A stretch of 64,000 nucleotides of DNA from a virus. Every line of letters starts with the position of its first letter. Position 1 is the first letter of the stretch. Below the pieces are notes generated by a model that saw only the letters and a list, made by a program, of their open reading frames with translations, had not been told where the DNA came from and did no database searches. The position numbers were made by a program, and so were the translations under genes. This document shows positions 37,301 through 47,685 of this stretch, piece by piece. The stretch spans positions 64,001-128,000 of IMG/VR virus record IMGVR_UViG_3300033145_003080. One strand, written 5' to 3'.

Positions 37301-37357
37301 CCAATAAGGCCAATCGGTTTTTTTAGGATTGTAAGCCTAAACGTGCAGAAGTTATAA
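34349..37357 (+). CDS. Baseplate J / gp6-like wedge protein
   Basis: DDLAVKP, SIGSVRVYF, IAVSKGDEYN, TNP....G...ETNEEY..R, VGAGD-like motif. Confidence 0.7.
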   Translation: MFDFWAFLRKKWSEYSKSRGQKGTMIDDLAVKPAGLILANFYNALAGQRRVNNISLWKTMTDEELNFFGNKFFTKRIMGDFSIGSVRVYFNEKKNIELSTIARFVSNRGLQYRPIQPGKIAGSSFSSSTDRIALYHIDIPIIAVSKGDEYNTDANEIVQLINIDFTYHSATNPEDIIRGSKYETNEEYFNRLVYTVNDRSMMNKKSMMVLLPEFFPVINAMYIAGAGDRYMQRDLIAGVDLSLPYKEATYLGKLKGENIVKHIGFYGIFPPNVGSLQSNRYWGPHSAVSEYRYPLTIEQSSSAFSPEQTDPRLNDPAFLGFPLDQECVDNMYKGLYFNDYKRFMEVRTEDLFNIVDEEVGFTPVLPDVTWKFGAHGLMPGNVGRLADNVQNINVVSFYDTEIRLAGGAYNSISVGKDILKRTGVKLTGSFICPEPADENSPILNSNLQIMIGGINDLNLVDGYTGVGFGIRMTDIYDEGDIDVPNAVIYFAHNEKYGTAQVYATDYDISDHISVSDIGALAEKEFRIQPNIEYEFEFIIYDDLRLSLYFNKTSEKQPSDPYEKENEFHFELPRKVLGIFSDESRQGLLSTSNIRYGTTMKATLDTESLVSEDIWRINDLKAFDMNPSKAMALYAINMDDIESPISVFLRAFGSSAIDNAQADGYQVFLWDKEVQTIASGSSELTRGGWAEANGISNPDSSKSSALGLLRHDIQNMDRYLVDSKFGKNIFIMILTTGVSKGSIRYNRDIRDDVHSFLRVDYIKAESMNIASYHANNKADIHLATLNNSEEYEVVTTTLTKQPNDTYFEMSLENKCKMPVVEMVSVTIGTTVSDTETLAETEYSMIDSDVLLLNSSKEKKHITLNESDADTITVEYRTYPEIERIQDFFESSIYQKIYGDFLIKHKMPCDLDFTIFYTGDINDDQLITEIRKYVDDNIDGVFSIRNFISYLYNEELVNNIKEPVEISYTKWNDEWEQETGTFTDKLPIRPIGFFRIVSLNVQKL

Positions 37358-37375
37358 ATCAGCAAGGAGTTGGGT

Positions 37376-40300
37376 ATGAGTTTTATGTATAAAGATTTTG
37401 ACCTGAATGATGACGAAACGCCAAAGCCATGGGCTCCGCGTGAAACGCTGGCATTGGTTGACATTATTAATACACTAGTCGGTGATACGCTTACCGGTTT
37501 AAAAGAGGCTGGTGGACACAAACACAACAAGCTGTACAGTTCTGTCGGAGTCGCTGGGGTAGAGATTGGGGCCGCTGGCGATACTAAGATATTGAACCTT
37601 ACCGTTGCTGGAGTCGTAACAAATCTTGCAACCGGTGCTCTTGAAACTGTTCAACAAATCCCTATTGGTTATGGTGGAACGAATAGTGGTACTGCGCTGA
37701 ATAATGATCGGGTTATTGTTAGTTCGGGTGGAGCTATTGTTGAGAGCGTGCAAATAACAGTTGCAGAACTTGGGTTGCTTGATGGGATGACTTCTGTAGT
37801 TCTTGGTACTGCCAATAATGATAAATTGGTAAGTCAAGGATATGTTGATGATGCGGTCGGTGGCGGATGGTGGACCCGTGATTCCGGAAATGGCTATATA
37901 CACCCTACCAATGTAAACGATATCCTTGGAATAGGAACAGTAGAACCATTTCAAAATATCGGTACGACATCAGGAGATATCGATGCGAATAAGCTTGGTG
38001 CGCATATCAAATCGGTTAATGACCAGAGTTCTATTCTTGTAATTGAAGGCTGGCAAATTCCTGGTGGCTCCGGTGATGAAGAGGCTGCTGCGATAATACT
38101 TGCTGATAACGATGGTGATGCTGATGATAAAATGATCGCATTTCAAGTTGGTGGCGGAATAGCAAAGTTCAGCTCTCTACTTGATGATCAGGCTACAGAA
38201 GATTATTTGCAAAAAAATGTGGATGATATTCTTGTGATAGATTTGGGTACTGGGCATATTGGTATTAAAGCTCCACCAGGAGATTGGCATTCTAAGGTTC
38301 AGAATGTTATTCAGTTTGATTCCACAGTGACTGATTGTGATGCTGCAATTTATCAGATGTTTAATGAATTTGGAATGGTAAATAATATTATTTATGATGC
38401 AACTGATGATCAATGGGAATGGTTGACTACCGGTCCTTTTGCCCATAAAATCAGCATTCTTGCTTCAGGAATTAATTTGCAAGCATACCAGTCTACTCAT
38501 TCTGCGGGTGATGTTGTAGCTTGGAGTGAATCAAATTATTTCACAGTAGATACGGGGTCGAGTATTGGTACTGTGGTGAACTTCTTTCAGAAGGATTATG
38601 ATTTTAGTGTACATGCTGATGGGATCATTAATGCTTTTCATGTAGATGGTGCAACAGGAAATTGGGGATGGAGGAATATTCCTAATGCAGATTGGCAAAC
38701 TACAGGAACTACATATCATGTAATTCAATTTCCAGATTATGTTTCAGGAGAAGATATTTATACAGCAGCCCAGTACCATGTTAATACGGAATATGGATTT
38801 GTACAAAATGCTTATTATTCTGAAACTGATAGTAGATGGAATTCTACTATAGATGGGGGAGGAGGCAAATCTGTCCTCAGGCATCGTTCCCTTGCAAATT
38901 CATGGCAGTGGGAAGTAGCACTGGCACCAACGAATGCAGGTGATGAAGTTGATTGGGACAGTATAGCTAACAGAATTTATTTCTCAACTTTAAAAGGACA
39001 AGGAATAGTTTTTAATTTCAATCAGTTAGATTTTAATTTTATTATTGCGTCAATAGCCGATTTCAATTCTTTTGTAGTAGATGGAGCATCGGGTAATATA
39101 GGAATAAGAACAGTTCCTAATAGTGATTGGATTTCTAATTTCAGGGTCATTGAATTTGAAAAAAGTGGAGGAGCTTACGGAGGTGCATTATATGAGGCTG
39201 GCTCACAATTTGGTTTAGTTTCAAATGCTTTTTATAGTCAAGCTGATAGTAGATGGAATTATAAAACAACAGGTAACTATGCACTTCGGTTCGAAGAAAA
39301 AGCCTCAAGTGTTAATTTTGCAGCAATAATGGGAGGAACGGCGGGGGATGAAGTTCCTTGGGTAAACGCTAATACTTTTATAGTTGATGCTGCTTTGGGT
39401 ACTATTGCTAATTTTACATCTAAAGATCATAATTTTACTGTTCGTGCTCTTGGGATATCAAAAGCTTTTTATGTAGATGGAGCAAAAGGTAATATAGGAA
39501 TTCATTATGAACCTGGTGATTGGCATTCTGACTGGGTATCGCTCTCAATAGGAGACCCCGGAGCTAATCCTTTTAAATCTAGTTTGTACCAAAGTAAAAT
39601 AGGAATGGAATGTGGATTAGTTAATTATGCAGGAATATATGATGCAACTGATGATAGATGGGAAGCAACTGTAGATGGTACCGTTCCAGGAAAAATGATT
39701 TTAGGAGCTCAGTCATGGGGATGGTATATATCTGAAGCTACAGTAGATACTGGAGATCCTATTGTCTGGGAAGAAGTTATTAGATGTCAACAAGGATTGT
39801 TTTTAAATTATGCTAACGGCGCAACTCATGAAAGATTGTCAAATGATACAAGTGGTATGAATTTATCCTTGACTCATGTAAGACATGTAGGTGGACTTTT
39901 TAGTGGCGCAGAATTAGCAGGAGTGGCAAATGATGATATATTTACAATTTATGGAACGAGTAGGAACGATGCTGGAACTCCTGAGGTGATACATTATGGA
40001 GAATTTACATGTAAGATTAATAGCCCTACTGATGGTGCTGAATCTGGCAGTTATGCCATATCACTTTTTGATGATGGGGCATCAGAAGAACAAATGAGAC
40101 TTGAAAAAAGTGATATGTATTTATTCAATGACAGGGATGATGCTACTGGTTATGAAATTTTTATACGCAAATCAAGAGATGGAGGTGATATATCTACTGG
40201 TAATGATGATATAGGCGCCATAATATGGGAAGGAAGGCAGAGCTCATCATGGGTTGAGTTTGCTAAAATACTTGTCGCGGATGCTCCTGCATCTTCATCG

Positions 40301-40537
40301 GTTATGATTATATCACTGGATAGTGTAGATATTCTGAGTATGTCAAGTTCAACAATTAATATTCTTCAAGAAACTCATTTTGGTGCCGGTGAAGAAATTC
40401 ATATTGATGGGGGGACAGGAGATATTTTTTGCCAGCGAGACGCTATAAAGGTTGGTGAGGACGAACATAATAGTAGCGATATGTTTTTAAGGTGTGATGG
40501 AACGACTGGAAAGATTTACGGTGAAGCACCACAATAA
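37376..40537 (+). CDS. Tail fibre protein with four internal repeats of about 140 aa
   Basis: GGHKH, GYGGT, YVD fibre motifs; repeats start G[HN][IW]G...P..DW; start set at SD-led ATG 37376. Confidence 0.7.
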   Translation: MSFMYKDFDLNDDETPKPWAPRETLALVDIINTLVGDTLTGLKEAGGHKHNKLYSSVGVAGVEIGAAGDTKILNLTVAGVVTNLATGALETVQQIPIGYGGTNSGTALNNDRVIVSSGGAIVESVQITVAELGLLDGMTSVVLGTANNDKLVSQGYVDDAVGGGWWTRDSGNGYIHPTNVNDILGIGTVEPFQNIGTTSGDIDANKLGAHIKSVNDQSSILVIEGWQIPGGSGDEEAAAIILADNDGDADDKMIAFQVGGGIAKFSSLLDDQATEDYLQKNVDDILVIDLGTGHIGIKAPPGDWHSKVQNVIQFDSTVTDCDAAIYQMFNEFGMVNNIIYDATDDQWEWLTTGPFAHKISILASGINLQAYQSTHSAGDVVAWSESNYFTVDTGSSIGTVVNFFQKDYDFSVHADGIINAFHVDGATGNWGWRNIPNADWQTTGTTYHVIQFPDYVSGEDIYTAAQYHVNTEYGFVQNAYYSETDSRWNSTIDGGGGKSVLRHRSLANSWQWEVALAPTNAGDEVDWDSIANRIYFSTLKGQGIVFNFNQLDFNFIIASIADFNSFVVDGASGNIGIRTVPNSDWISNFRVIEFEKSGGAYGGALYEAGSQFGLVSNAFYSQADSRWNYKTTGNYALRFEEKASSVNFAAIMGGTAGDEVPWVNANTFIVDAALGTIANFTSKDHNFTVRALGISKAFYVDGAKGNIGIHYEPGDWHSDWVSLSIGDPGANPFKSSLYQSKIGMECGLVNYAGIYDATDDRWEATVDGTVPGKMILGAQSWGWYISEATVDTGDPIVWEEVIRCQQGLFLNYANGATHERLSNDTSGMNLSLTHVRHVGGLFSGAELAGVANDDIFTIYGTSRNDAGTPEVIHYGEFTCKINSPTDGAESGSYAISLFDDGASEEQMRLEKSDMYLFNDRDDATGYEIFIRKSRDGGDISTGNDDIGAIIWEGRQSSSWVEFAKILVADAPASSSVMIISLDSVDILSMSSSTINILQETHFGAGEEIHIDGGTGDIFCQRDAIKVGEDEHNSSDMFLRCDGTTGKIYGEAPQ

Positions 40538-40559
40538 TTTTTAATTAACAAAAAAAAGG

Positions 40560-41096
40560 GTGGCTCATATGTTAAAGAAAAATGTAAAGAAGCTCGATAT
40601 TATTGAGCTTAAAACAGCGATTAATTTCGCTATCCAGATTGACGAGAAGGAGGAATTCGATGCCGGTTTTAAATTTGCCCTTCTGATGAATGATGAGGCT
40701 CTTCAACCGATTGTTAAAAAGGTCCATGATATAGTGAGCAAAAAATCTCAGGCGCTCGTTGACGAGTATAAGGAATTGTACCAGAAATACAAACAGAGCC
40801 AATTGAAAGAAGATGGCAAAGATGGCGAGACGGAAGATTTAATCGTACGCTATAAGATTGTTTTCGGACTATTAACGTTTGCTGTTCCTGACTTTGCGAA
40901 TGCTCCTGACATGGAAGAGGAATATAACGACGCATATGCTGAGTTAGAAAAGGTTCATGAAAAAGTAATTAAAGAGCTTGACACCCTTGTTAATGAAGCA
41001 ATGAATATAAATCTCGAAGTTGTTCATGTTGATAAGGTTTCACGGCTTGTTGGTTATTCAGTAATGAAGCGCCTTAAGCTGATGCTCAAAAGCTAA
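40560..41096 (+). CDS. Helical protein, possible fibre chaperone
   Basis: Directly after the fibre gene; coiled-coil composition. Confidence 0.5.
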   Translation: MAHMLKKNVKKLDIIELKTAINFAIQIDEKEEFDAGFKFALLMNDEALQPIVKKVHDIVSKKSQALVDEYKELYQKYKQSQLKEDGKDGETEDLIVRYKIVFGLLTFAVPDFANAPDMEEEYNDAYAELEKVHEKVIKELDTLVNEAMNINLEVVHVDKVSRLVGYSVMKRLKLMLKS

Positions 41097-41121
41097 TATT
41101 TAATAAATAGAAGGGGGTTTA

Positions 41122-41640
41122 GTGCATACGACTAAAGCTGTACGGCTTTACAACGAGATTTGTGTTCTCCAGGGTATTAAAAAAACACTCTGGGAATTCA
41201 ATCATATGATGATTGAGATCAAAAAAGTCATCAGGCCTATAATAGACAACTATAGCGAAGAACTCGAAAGGCTTCAGGAAAAGATAGCAATCCTTAGAGT
41301 TGAATACTGCAAAAAAGATGACAAAGGAAAGGCGGTTATAGCACGCCGTTATAGCAGGGATGAAGATGGAGGGCTTATTATCACCGAAGAACAATATGTT
41401 GGCCTTGTCAGGGGTGAGCAGCCTGAATTTGATGCAAAGTTAAAAAGCTTGAACGAAGCAATAAAAAGTCTTGGAAACGCTGACGTTAAACACAACAACA
41501 AAGAGAAGTCAATTGAAGAAAGGCTTGCAGAAATTAAGCCAATAAAACGTAGTAAGGTACCAACAGATTGGAATGGGTTACGTGAAGAAATCTTTTGGGA
41601 CTTTATTGAAGAAAATAGAAAAAAAGAAGCCACGAAATAA
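41122..41640 (+). CDS. Helical protein, possible fibre chaperone
   Basis: EYCKKDDKGK...EF..L pattern; position. Confidence 0.5.
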   Translation: MHTTKAVRLYNEICVLQGIKKTLWEFNHMMIEIKKVIRPIIDNYSEELERLQEKIAILRVEYCKKDDKGKAVIARRYSRDEDGGLIITEEQYVGLVRGEQPEFDAKLKSLNEAIKSLGNADVKHNNKEKSIEERLAEIKPIKRSKVPTDWNGLREEIFWDFIEENRKKEATK

Positions 41641-41659
41641 TAAAATGTAGGATAAATGC

Positions 41660-42352
41660 ATGGCCCAATTCGGAAATAATTATGACTACGGCCAATCCCC
41701 TTATTACAAGGACGAAGACGGCCCGTTTACACCGGGCGATTACTATTTCGATTTTGATCGAGTAGCAATAGGCATAGGATCGGCGAGCGATCCGTGCAAT
41801 TGTGAGCAGTTCGTTAATTATTTCGATCCTGCTGACGGAACTCCGTGTAATTTAGCACCGACATTCGGTGATATATTAAACGTAAAAGGCGTAGCTAAAT
41901 TAATTAGCAGAACGCACCTCATTAATATAAACAATACCATAGAAGGATTAGTTACGATCAGACCATGGAGCTTGACTCAGCATGGTGTCTGGTTTATAGA
42001 AACTCGTGACCTTGATTCGAGTTCGATAACATTCATTAAGAATGAATCTGATAATTATATTAATAATTTGGTGGTGGAGGGTTTTGGGTTGTTACAAAAC
42101 AACCCAGGCCTTGCCACCATTAAAATGACTGATATTGCATATAGTGGAGCGGGCCCGGTTATATCTATGAAAAATTGTATGATATATTGCCGGGATGGGA
42201 ATGTAGACCTGGCGGCGAATGCCAATTGTGCTAGTAAATATTATGGCTATTCTATTTGGGCCAACGAAGTTGATTTCGGTTCGGTAACTGGAAATCTTTT
42301 ATATTTGGATGATGGTTCAATCAAAGCAAACCTTTTAATTGATGCGGCATAA
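41660..42352 (+). CDS. Beta-helix-like structural protein
   Basis: YYFD....GIGSASDP, GDILNVKG start motifs. Confidence 0.55.
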   Translation: MAQFGNNYDYGQSPYYKDEDGPFTPGDYYFDFDRVAIGIGSASDPCNCEQFVNYFDPADGTPCNLAPTFGDILNVKGVAKLISRTHLININNTIEGLVTIRPWSLTQHGVWFIETRDLDSSSITFIKNESDNYINNLVVEGFGLLQNNPGLATIKMTDIAYSGAGPVISMKNCMIYCRDGNVDLAANANCASKYYGYSIWANEVDFGSVTGNLLYLDDGSIKANLLIDAA

Positions 42353-42354
42353 TT

Positions 42355-45000
42355 GTGACAATTGTAATTAATAATCTCGAAACGAATAGGCCTGCGTCTG
42401 ATCTCGATAATGCCACTGTAGTAAACAGTACATTTGAGGCAGAGGCTCCAGATAATGTTCCGGAACCTTTTTATGCTACTGAATACAATAAATTCAATTT
42501 TGTATATGATGATTTTGGGTTTGTAAATCCAAGTCGTGGATCGTCATACCAATCAGCAAATGGGTATTCGACTGGAATAGGCGGCGCCTCAAGATATGGC
42601 GTAGGTGCTTTTTACTTTTTCATACCAGTGCCAAATCCTGTAGTAGCACCTCGCCAACCAGTCATTTTGTGTGAAGAGCCGGAGACGCCAAGGCGGGTAT
42701 TTTGGGATTACCTTTCTACATTTTGGAACTATCTTGATACTACTGACAGGGAGTCCTTTGAAGAATTCTGGCATGGATTATGCCAAGCTGGTAATGATTT
42801 GATTAAAAGGGCTCAGCGACTGTTCGAGGCGACTGCTCCAGAGAATGCAAGAACGTGTGTACTCGAAGATTATTATGATATTCTAATAGGACCATTGCAT
42901 TCAAAGCCAATAGGCCTTGATCCATCTATAAAATCACCAAATTATACCATCAAACCTATTGAAGTAAAACTTTTCGAACCAACTTACGATGTAAATAGTA
43001 ATCCGGTGTATCGTGACATGTTCCAGATTTCGGCAATTGATTATTACAGAGTTCGCAATGCTGGCCTCAACAATTACGTTGTTGTAAAGATAAAAAAAGA
43101 AGGCGTTTCAGACAGGTATTTTAAAGTACACAATCTTTTTTCTTCAGAAGAAAAAACAGATAGATCGGCATTTGCTGAAATTACTGAAGATATTAATTTC
43201 GAAGAAAACCCTGATGTGGGTAGAATAGGAATAAAGGCAAAAGATCATACTGAAGATGTGTCTGAATATGACGTTCTTGTTACAGCAGACGATGGGAGTG
43301 GAACCAGTGTAACATGGACTGCTGACAGCATTCATATCAAAGTCGACAGGACTGCGGCAGAAACTATCGACCAAATACTTGTCATAGTGAATGCGGGTCC
43401 TGCTGCATGGGCTGTTGTTACGAACAGGTCTCCAAAAGGAACAACTGATTTTCCAATTACATCAGAATCGGGCACAATGCCTGATGATGCTATTAAATTT
43501 AAAGATCTTCCAAATTATATTTACAGAGAAGAGGGTGAAGGTAGATATTATCCACCAGAAGGAAAGAAATGGGAATGGTTTGAAGGATATTCATCATCCG
43601 ATGGTGATGTTGGGGATTCTGCGCTTGGCGAGTGGGTTGATTCATTTTCGGCATTTAATTATATGATAGAGATTGAGGGGGATTTATCATATATAGATGA
43701 AAAGTCATTTACAATCTATTTTACTACTGGAAGAACATATGATGTATTAAGCCATATAGACATGCTTCCATCTCTTCAGAATTTTATTGATGAGCGGTTG
43801 GGGGTACCTTTTTATGTTGACCAGGATTATCGATTTTACAACAATACTGTAGAATTTTTTAACGATATATTTGCTAATGGGCAGGCCATCCCTGATACCT
43901 ATTTATACTGTCCGGAAGCGCATGCTATTGAACATATGCTTTTTGAAATATATGGTACAGTCGTGAATACTCCAAGATGGCAGGACTATAATTACAAAAA
44001 CATATCTGGAAAAGCCGGAATTAACTCTCTTATGAAGTCATTACAAAATTCCAGCAACAGAGAAGATTATGAAAGAGCTTTGAATGTTTATTACGGCCTG
44101 CCCGTATCTCCGGAAAGGGCTGATGTTCTTGGTCTATATGAATCATATGGATACAAAGTAATAGGCCTTGCTGGTAATGATGTTACTTTGGAATTGCCTG
44201 AAAACGAAGAGCTTCATCCATTTATTCAGTCAGGTGGAAGGTTTCTTGTTGAAGGAAAAACAGAAATAAAAATATCAATAGTTGTTGACAGGCCAAATGG
44301 AATTATAACTCTTGAAGACGCTTCGTCAATAGGTATAAATGATATACTTTATGTTAAACTCAATAATCGATTCTTTGTTAAGAATTTTTATGCTGAAAAT
44401 ATTTCAACATCCACACCGGGGTATATTGATGTATATATTCCGGAGGGGGCAGGGGCTATTCAACATGCAATCGATGTTGTGCAGACGCTTTCAGAAGGGG
44501 AGCGATATCCTGAAATACTTATATATGGAACTGAGAAGCTTGGGTGGAATTACAATGGAATATACCATGTAACCCAGGCTGATGAGGCCGGTGGGACAGT
44601 TAGGCTTACTGTTTATGAAAGAAACGATGCAGATGATACTGTTTACAATGATTTTATAGGAGAAACTACAGAGAGCGTGAGGGCTGGATTTGCCCATTTT
44701 TCATGGCCCACTCACAAATTTCTCTATTTATATCTTGCTACACAAAAGTACTTTAAAGCGTATCTTGATTCGCCAATCGATACCATTTATGACGCAGGGG
44801 ATATTTTAAATAAGTATGAAATTGTTGCGCGGAATGTATCAGTGGCAGATAAAACTATTTTCCCGGGCTGGGCACATTTTGATCATTTTAGAAGATACAA
44901 TGGAATAAATCTTGAATCTGATATTTTAGAAATTACATATATTGTTCCCGATGCGACTTTCGGTAAATATTTTCCGAGTGCGTGCGCGAGCCTCTTATAG
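42355..45000 (+). CDS. Putative baseplate wedge protein
   Basis: FWDYLSTFW...FW, LPSLQ, ALNVYYGLP patterns; synteny. Confidence 0.55.
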   Translation: MTIVINNLETNRPASDLDNATVVNSTFEAEAPDNVPEPFYATEYNKFNFVYDDFGFVNPSRGSSYQSANGYSTGIGGASRYGVGAFYFFIPVPNPVVAPRQPVILCEEPETPRRVFWDYLSTFWNYLDTTDRESFEEFWHGLCQAGNDLIKRAQRLFEATAPENARTCVLEDYYDILIGPLHSKPIGLDPSIKSPNYTIKPIEVKLFEPTYDVNSNPVYRDMFQISAIDYYRVRNAGLNNYVVVKIKKEGVSDRYFKVHNLFSSEEKTDRSAFAEITEDINFEENPDVGRIGIKAKDHTEDVSEYDVLVTADDGSGTSVTWTADSIHIKVDRTAAETIDQILVIVNAGPAAWAVVTNRSPKGTTDFPITSESGTMPDDAIKFKDLPNYIYREEGEGRYYPPEGKKWEWFEGYSSSDGDVGDSALGEWVDSFSAFNYMIEIEGDLSYIDEKSFTIYFTTGRTYDVLSHIDMLPSLQNFIDERLGVPFYVDQDYRFYNNTVEFFNDIFANGQAIPDTYLYCPEAHAIEHMLFEIYGTVVNTPRWQDYNYKNISGKAGINSLMKSLQNSSNREDYERALNVYYGLPVSPERADVLGLYESYGYKVIGLAGNDVTLELPENEELHPFIQSGGRFLVEGKTEIKISIVVDRPNGIITLEDASSIGINDILYVKLNNRFFVKNFYAENISTSTPGYIDVYIPEGAGAIQHAIDVVQTLSEGERYPEILIYGTEKLGWNYNGIYHVTQADEAGGTVRLTVYERNDADDTVYNDFIGETTESVRAGFAHFSWPTHKFLYLYLATQKYFKAYLDSPIDTIYDAGDILNKYEIVARNVSVADKTIFPGWAHFDHFRRYNGINLESDILEITYIVPDATFGKYFPSACASLL

Positions 45001-45028
45001 TATATTAAAGTTAATAAAGGATTTCAAC

Positions 45029-45430
45029 ATGCAGGTAATATTATCAGTAAGACAAGAGCAGCTTGATGTTATTAAAACGGCTATTGAGGCTGGTTCTATG
45101 GTAATAGTATTTAAAGAAGGTGCTACTGTACTTGCTGAAATGCAATTTAAAGAATTAATAGATATTGCTGGTGATGCGAAATACGTATTTAAAGCTTTTG
45201 ATGATACAACATCTTTAAAAGCGACTGTGATACAAAGCGGTAGAGTTGAAGAATTTTCAATCGATGGCGAAGAGCCACCTGGAGGCGGTCCGGTTGTTGG
45301 CATTTTAACAGGAAGTGTTGGCGCATTGAACTCCAATTCTGATATAAGATTTAACAGAAGGGATTGGAGCGAAACCGGCGTTGTTACACTAAACAATTTG
45401 ACACTTATATTATTACAAGGTCAAACGTAG
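45029..45430 (+). CDS. Virion structural protein (start revised)
   Basis: GSVG...SDIRFN...W pattern; SD AAGGA. Confidence 0.55.
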   Translation: MQVILSVRQEQLDVIKTAIEAGSMVIVFKEGATVLAEMQFKELIDIAGDAKYVFKAFDDTTSLKATVIQSGRVEEFSIDGEEPPGGGPVVGILTGSVGALNSNSDIRFNRRDWSETGVVTLNNLTLILLQGQT

Positions 45431-45440
45431 GGGTATTTAT

Positions 45441-47108
45441 ATGAATACTTTTGTTGTGAGAGACATTCTTGATAAGTCGATATCTGGTGATAAAATATTT
45501 GGTGGTGAGATAGATTGGGTTGATGGTCTTTATACTGACCATTTTGCAGTTCCTCACGATGCTGGCGCCGGCGGCACCGGATCGATAGATGGGAGTGCAT
45601 TTACAATAGGTATAACTGACAGGATAGCGTTGGTTGATTCTTCTGTTGTTTTGGGTGGAAGCATTGGCGTATGGGCCAGCGATTTTAGCGGCTATGCTGC
45701 TCAATTAATTCCAACAGCAACACAATATGGAACTTTATATCTTAATGATACAACTGGTCCAATTGTTCAATTAACAGCCAACCAATCTAATTACAGTTAT
45801 CATTTACCAAAATTGATCATTGGCGCTACAACACCCAAGCAGTCTTGGTATAAATTTGAAGTTCATGGATCGTCATATCTTAATATTTTAGATTCCATAA
45901 TGGCAAATTTTACAAATGCATACGCTGACAATTTTTACTTTCTTGACCACCTTGCGTCATGGGCCCCTATTACGTATTATACTCAATTGATAGATTATCT
46001 TGCAACAAATACTCTTGCTGGTGGCATTGGTCCGCTTCTGGTTGATTCGCTTCAGGAAGCAGCTGATAATATCACAGGCTGGCAAATGTCACAGATTGCA
46101 AACATAAATGATCTAATTACAACTAGCGATTGGTACCATCTTTCAGAGATGGATCAGCTCGTTTCCATTGGGTCTAGTGTTGTTTTTGGGACTATTGATG
46201 GTTCTGACATTACTGCGACTGGTGACATCGATGGTGGCACTGTTACAGGTGATAAGGTAATTGAGGATGGCACGGGATTAATATTAGTAAGTACAATGCA
46301 TGGTGATATACACGGTCTTCATTTAGATTGGCTTTATCCTCCCCAAACGGCAACTGCAACAAGGATAGTAGTAGAAGAAGGTACATGCTTAAATAGTTCG
46401 AAAGCTGATAGAATAACGCTGGCATCAAATATGACTAAAAGAATTGATTTGGCCTGGGCTGCTGGAACAGATAATGGCGGAATGCCGTCACCGCTTACTG
46501 TACAACCGTCAACGGATTATTGGGTATTTGTTATATGGAATGGCAGTTCGGCCGACGTCGGTTTTGATACCTCTGCAAGTGCTGCTAACTTATTATCAGA
46601 TTCGGGATATACACAATACCGAACGCTTGGAAGAGTACATACTGATACAACAAGTAAAATCGACCTGTTTGAAGATATCACTATGTATTGTTCGGCTTAC
46701 AGGTCAGTTAGATCTGGATTCAAATTGAATGTAAGTAATAGTTATGTCAGCGTCCCTTTTGATGTTTATGGCGGGGCAGAAAGACTTGGAAGAACAATAC
46801 AGTGTTGGATTTCAGACGGAACTGGTAACTCAAATTCTACTGATCTTGAATATGCGTTTTACCCTAACGCCAGACCGACTTCTTTAAACACAGATTCTCC
46901 AACGGTCGCTGCTTGTAATTTTTTAAATGGAGCGGCTTCTCCATTATTATTACCAGGTGAGATACGATTAATGGCGCTTAGCGATGTGTTTGAGTGTCTA
47001 GTTTTTGATGGTTCTAGGATTCATGATGATGGATTTGTAAATGGAGCATCACTTAAGGGCATACAGCAACCAATTGCTTTTACTTTTAATATTTTTAAAG
47101 CTACATAA
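45441..47108 (+). CDS. Tail fibre-like protein
   Basis: TKRIDLAWAAGTDNGG...DVGFDTS...GYTQYRTLG domain. Confidence 0.6.
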   Translation: MNTFVVRDILDKSISGDKIFGGEIDWVDGLYTDHFAVPHDAGAGGTGSIDGSAFTIGITDRIALVDSSVVLGGSIGVWASDFSGYAAQLIPTATQYGTLYLNDTTGPIVQLTANQSNYSYHLPKLIIGATTPKQSWYKFEVHGSSYLNILDSIMANFTNAYADNFYFLDHLASWAPITYYTQLIDYLATNTLAGGIGPLLVDSLQEAADNITGWQMSQIANINDLITTSDWYHLSEMDQLVSIGSSVVFGTIDGSDITATGDIDGGTVTGDKVIEDGTGLILVSTMHGDIHGLHLDWLYPPQTATATRIVVEEGTCLNSSKADRITLASNMTKRIDLAWAAGTDNGGMPSPLTVQPSTDYWVFVIWNGSSADVGFDTSASAANLLSDSGYTQYRTLGRVHTDTTSKIDLFEDITMYCSAYRSVRSGFKLNVSNSYVSVPFDVYGGAERLGRTIQCWISDGTGNSNSTDLEYAFYPNARPTSLNTDSPTVAACNFLNGAASPLLLPGEIRLMALSDVFECLVFDGSRIHDDGFVNGASLKGIQQPIAFTFNIFKAT

Positions 47109-47117
47109 GGAGATTTT

Positions 47118-47675
47118 ATGAAACATGCTCAAGTAATAAATCTTGATGAAGATAGCGTTATGGCCTTTATAGGTAATGACGTTATTGAAGATGGTACGCA
47201 AATACCAATACATACACTTCCGGTAACAACACTCTTGGTTGATATGAAACTGTGGGATTTAATAAGCAATGCGCCAATAGTAGTTGAAGGTCTTACAATG
47301 CTATATGATTCTGATTCTGGATATTGGCTACTTGACATTGATGATGTAGAGGGTGTTTTGGATGATCGGCATAAGTATGTCGGCACAATTTATGCAAACA
47401 CTGCTGAATCTGAGGATCTAAAATCATTTCAGATTACTGAATTTGCTGTAGATAATGAATCTCTTGATGCAATATTGATGAGAATGTCATACGAAATAGT
47501 AATAGATGGTGGCCAGGCATGGTTTTTTTGGTACGCGGATGGTCACCATGGAGACGAGGCATACAGAAGATTTGCAGCCCCAGCGTATGAAGGGGGTGTT
47601 GGAACAACTTATGCAACTGATCCGAGCCGTGTGACTCATAGGGGTGCTATAGAAGCATATTACGCTGGTCCATAA
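47118..47675 (+). CDS. Hypothetical acidic structural protein
   Basis: 185 aa; SD AAGGAG. Confidence 0.6.
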   Translation: MKHAQVINLDEDSVMAFIGNDVIEDGTQIPIHTLPVTTLLVDMKLWDLISNAPIVVEGLTMLYDSDSGYWLLDIDDVEGVLDDRHKYVGTIYANTAESEDLKSFQITEFAVDNESLDAILMRMSYEIVIDGGQAWFFWYADGHHGDEAYRRFAAPAYEGGVGTTYATDPSRVTHRGAIEAYYAGP

Positions 47676-47685
47676 TCAACTAATT

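Noticed and set aside
42340-42357. Programmed frameshift joining 41660-42352 to 42355-45000
   Set aside because: The downstream frame has a TGA at 42340 and there is no slippery heptamer in the short overlap.
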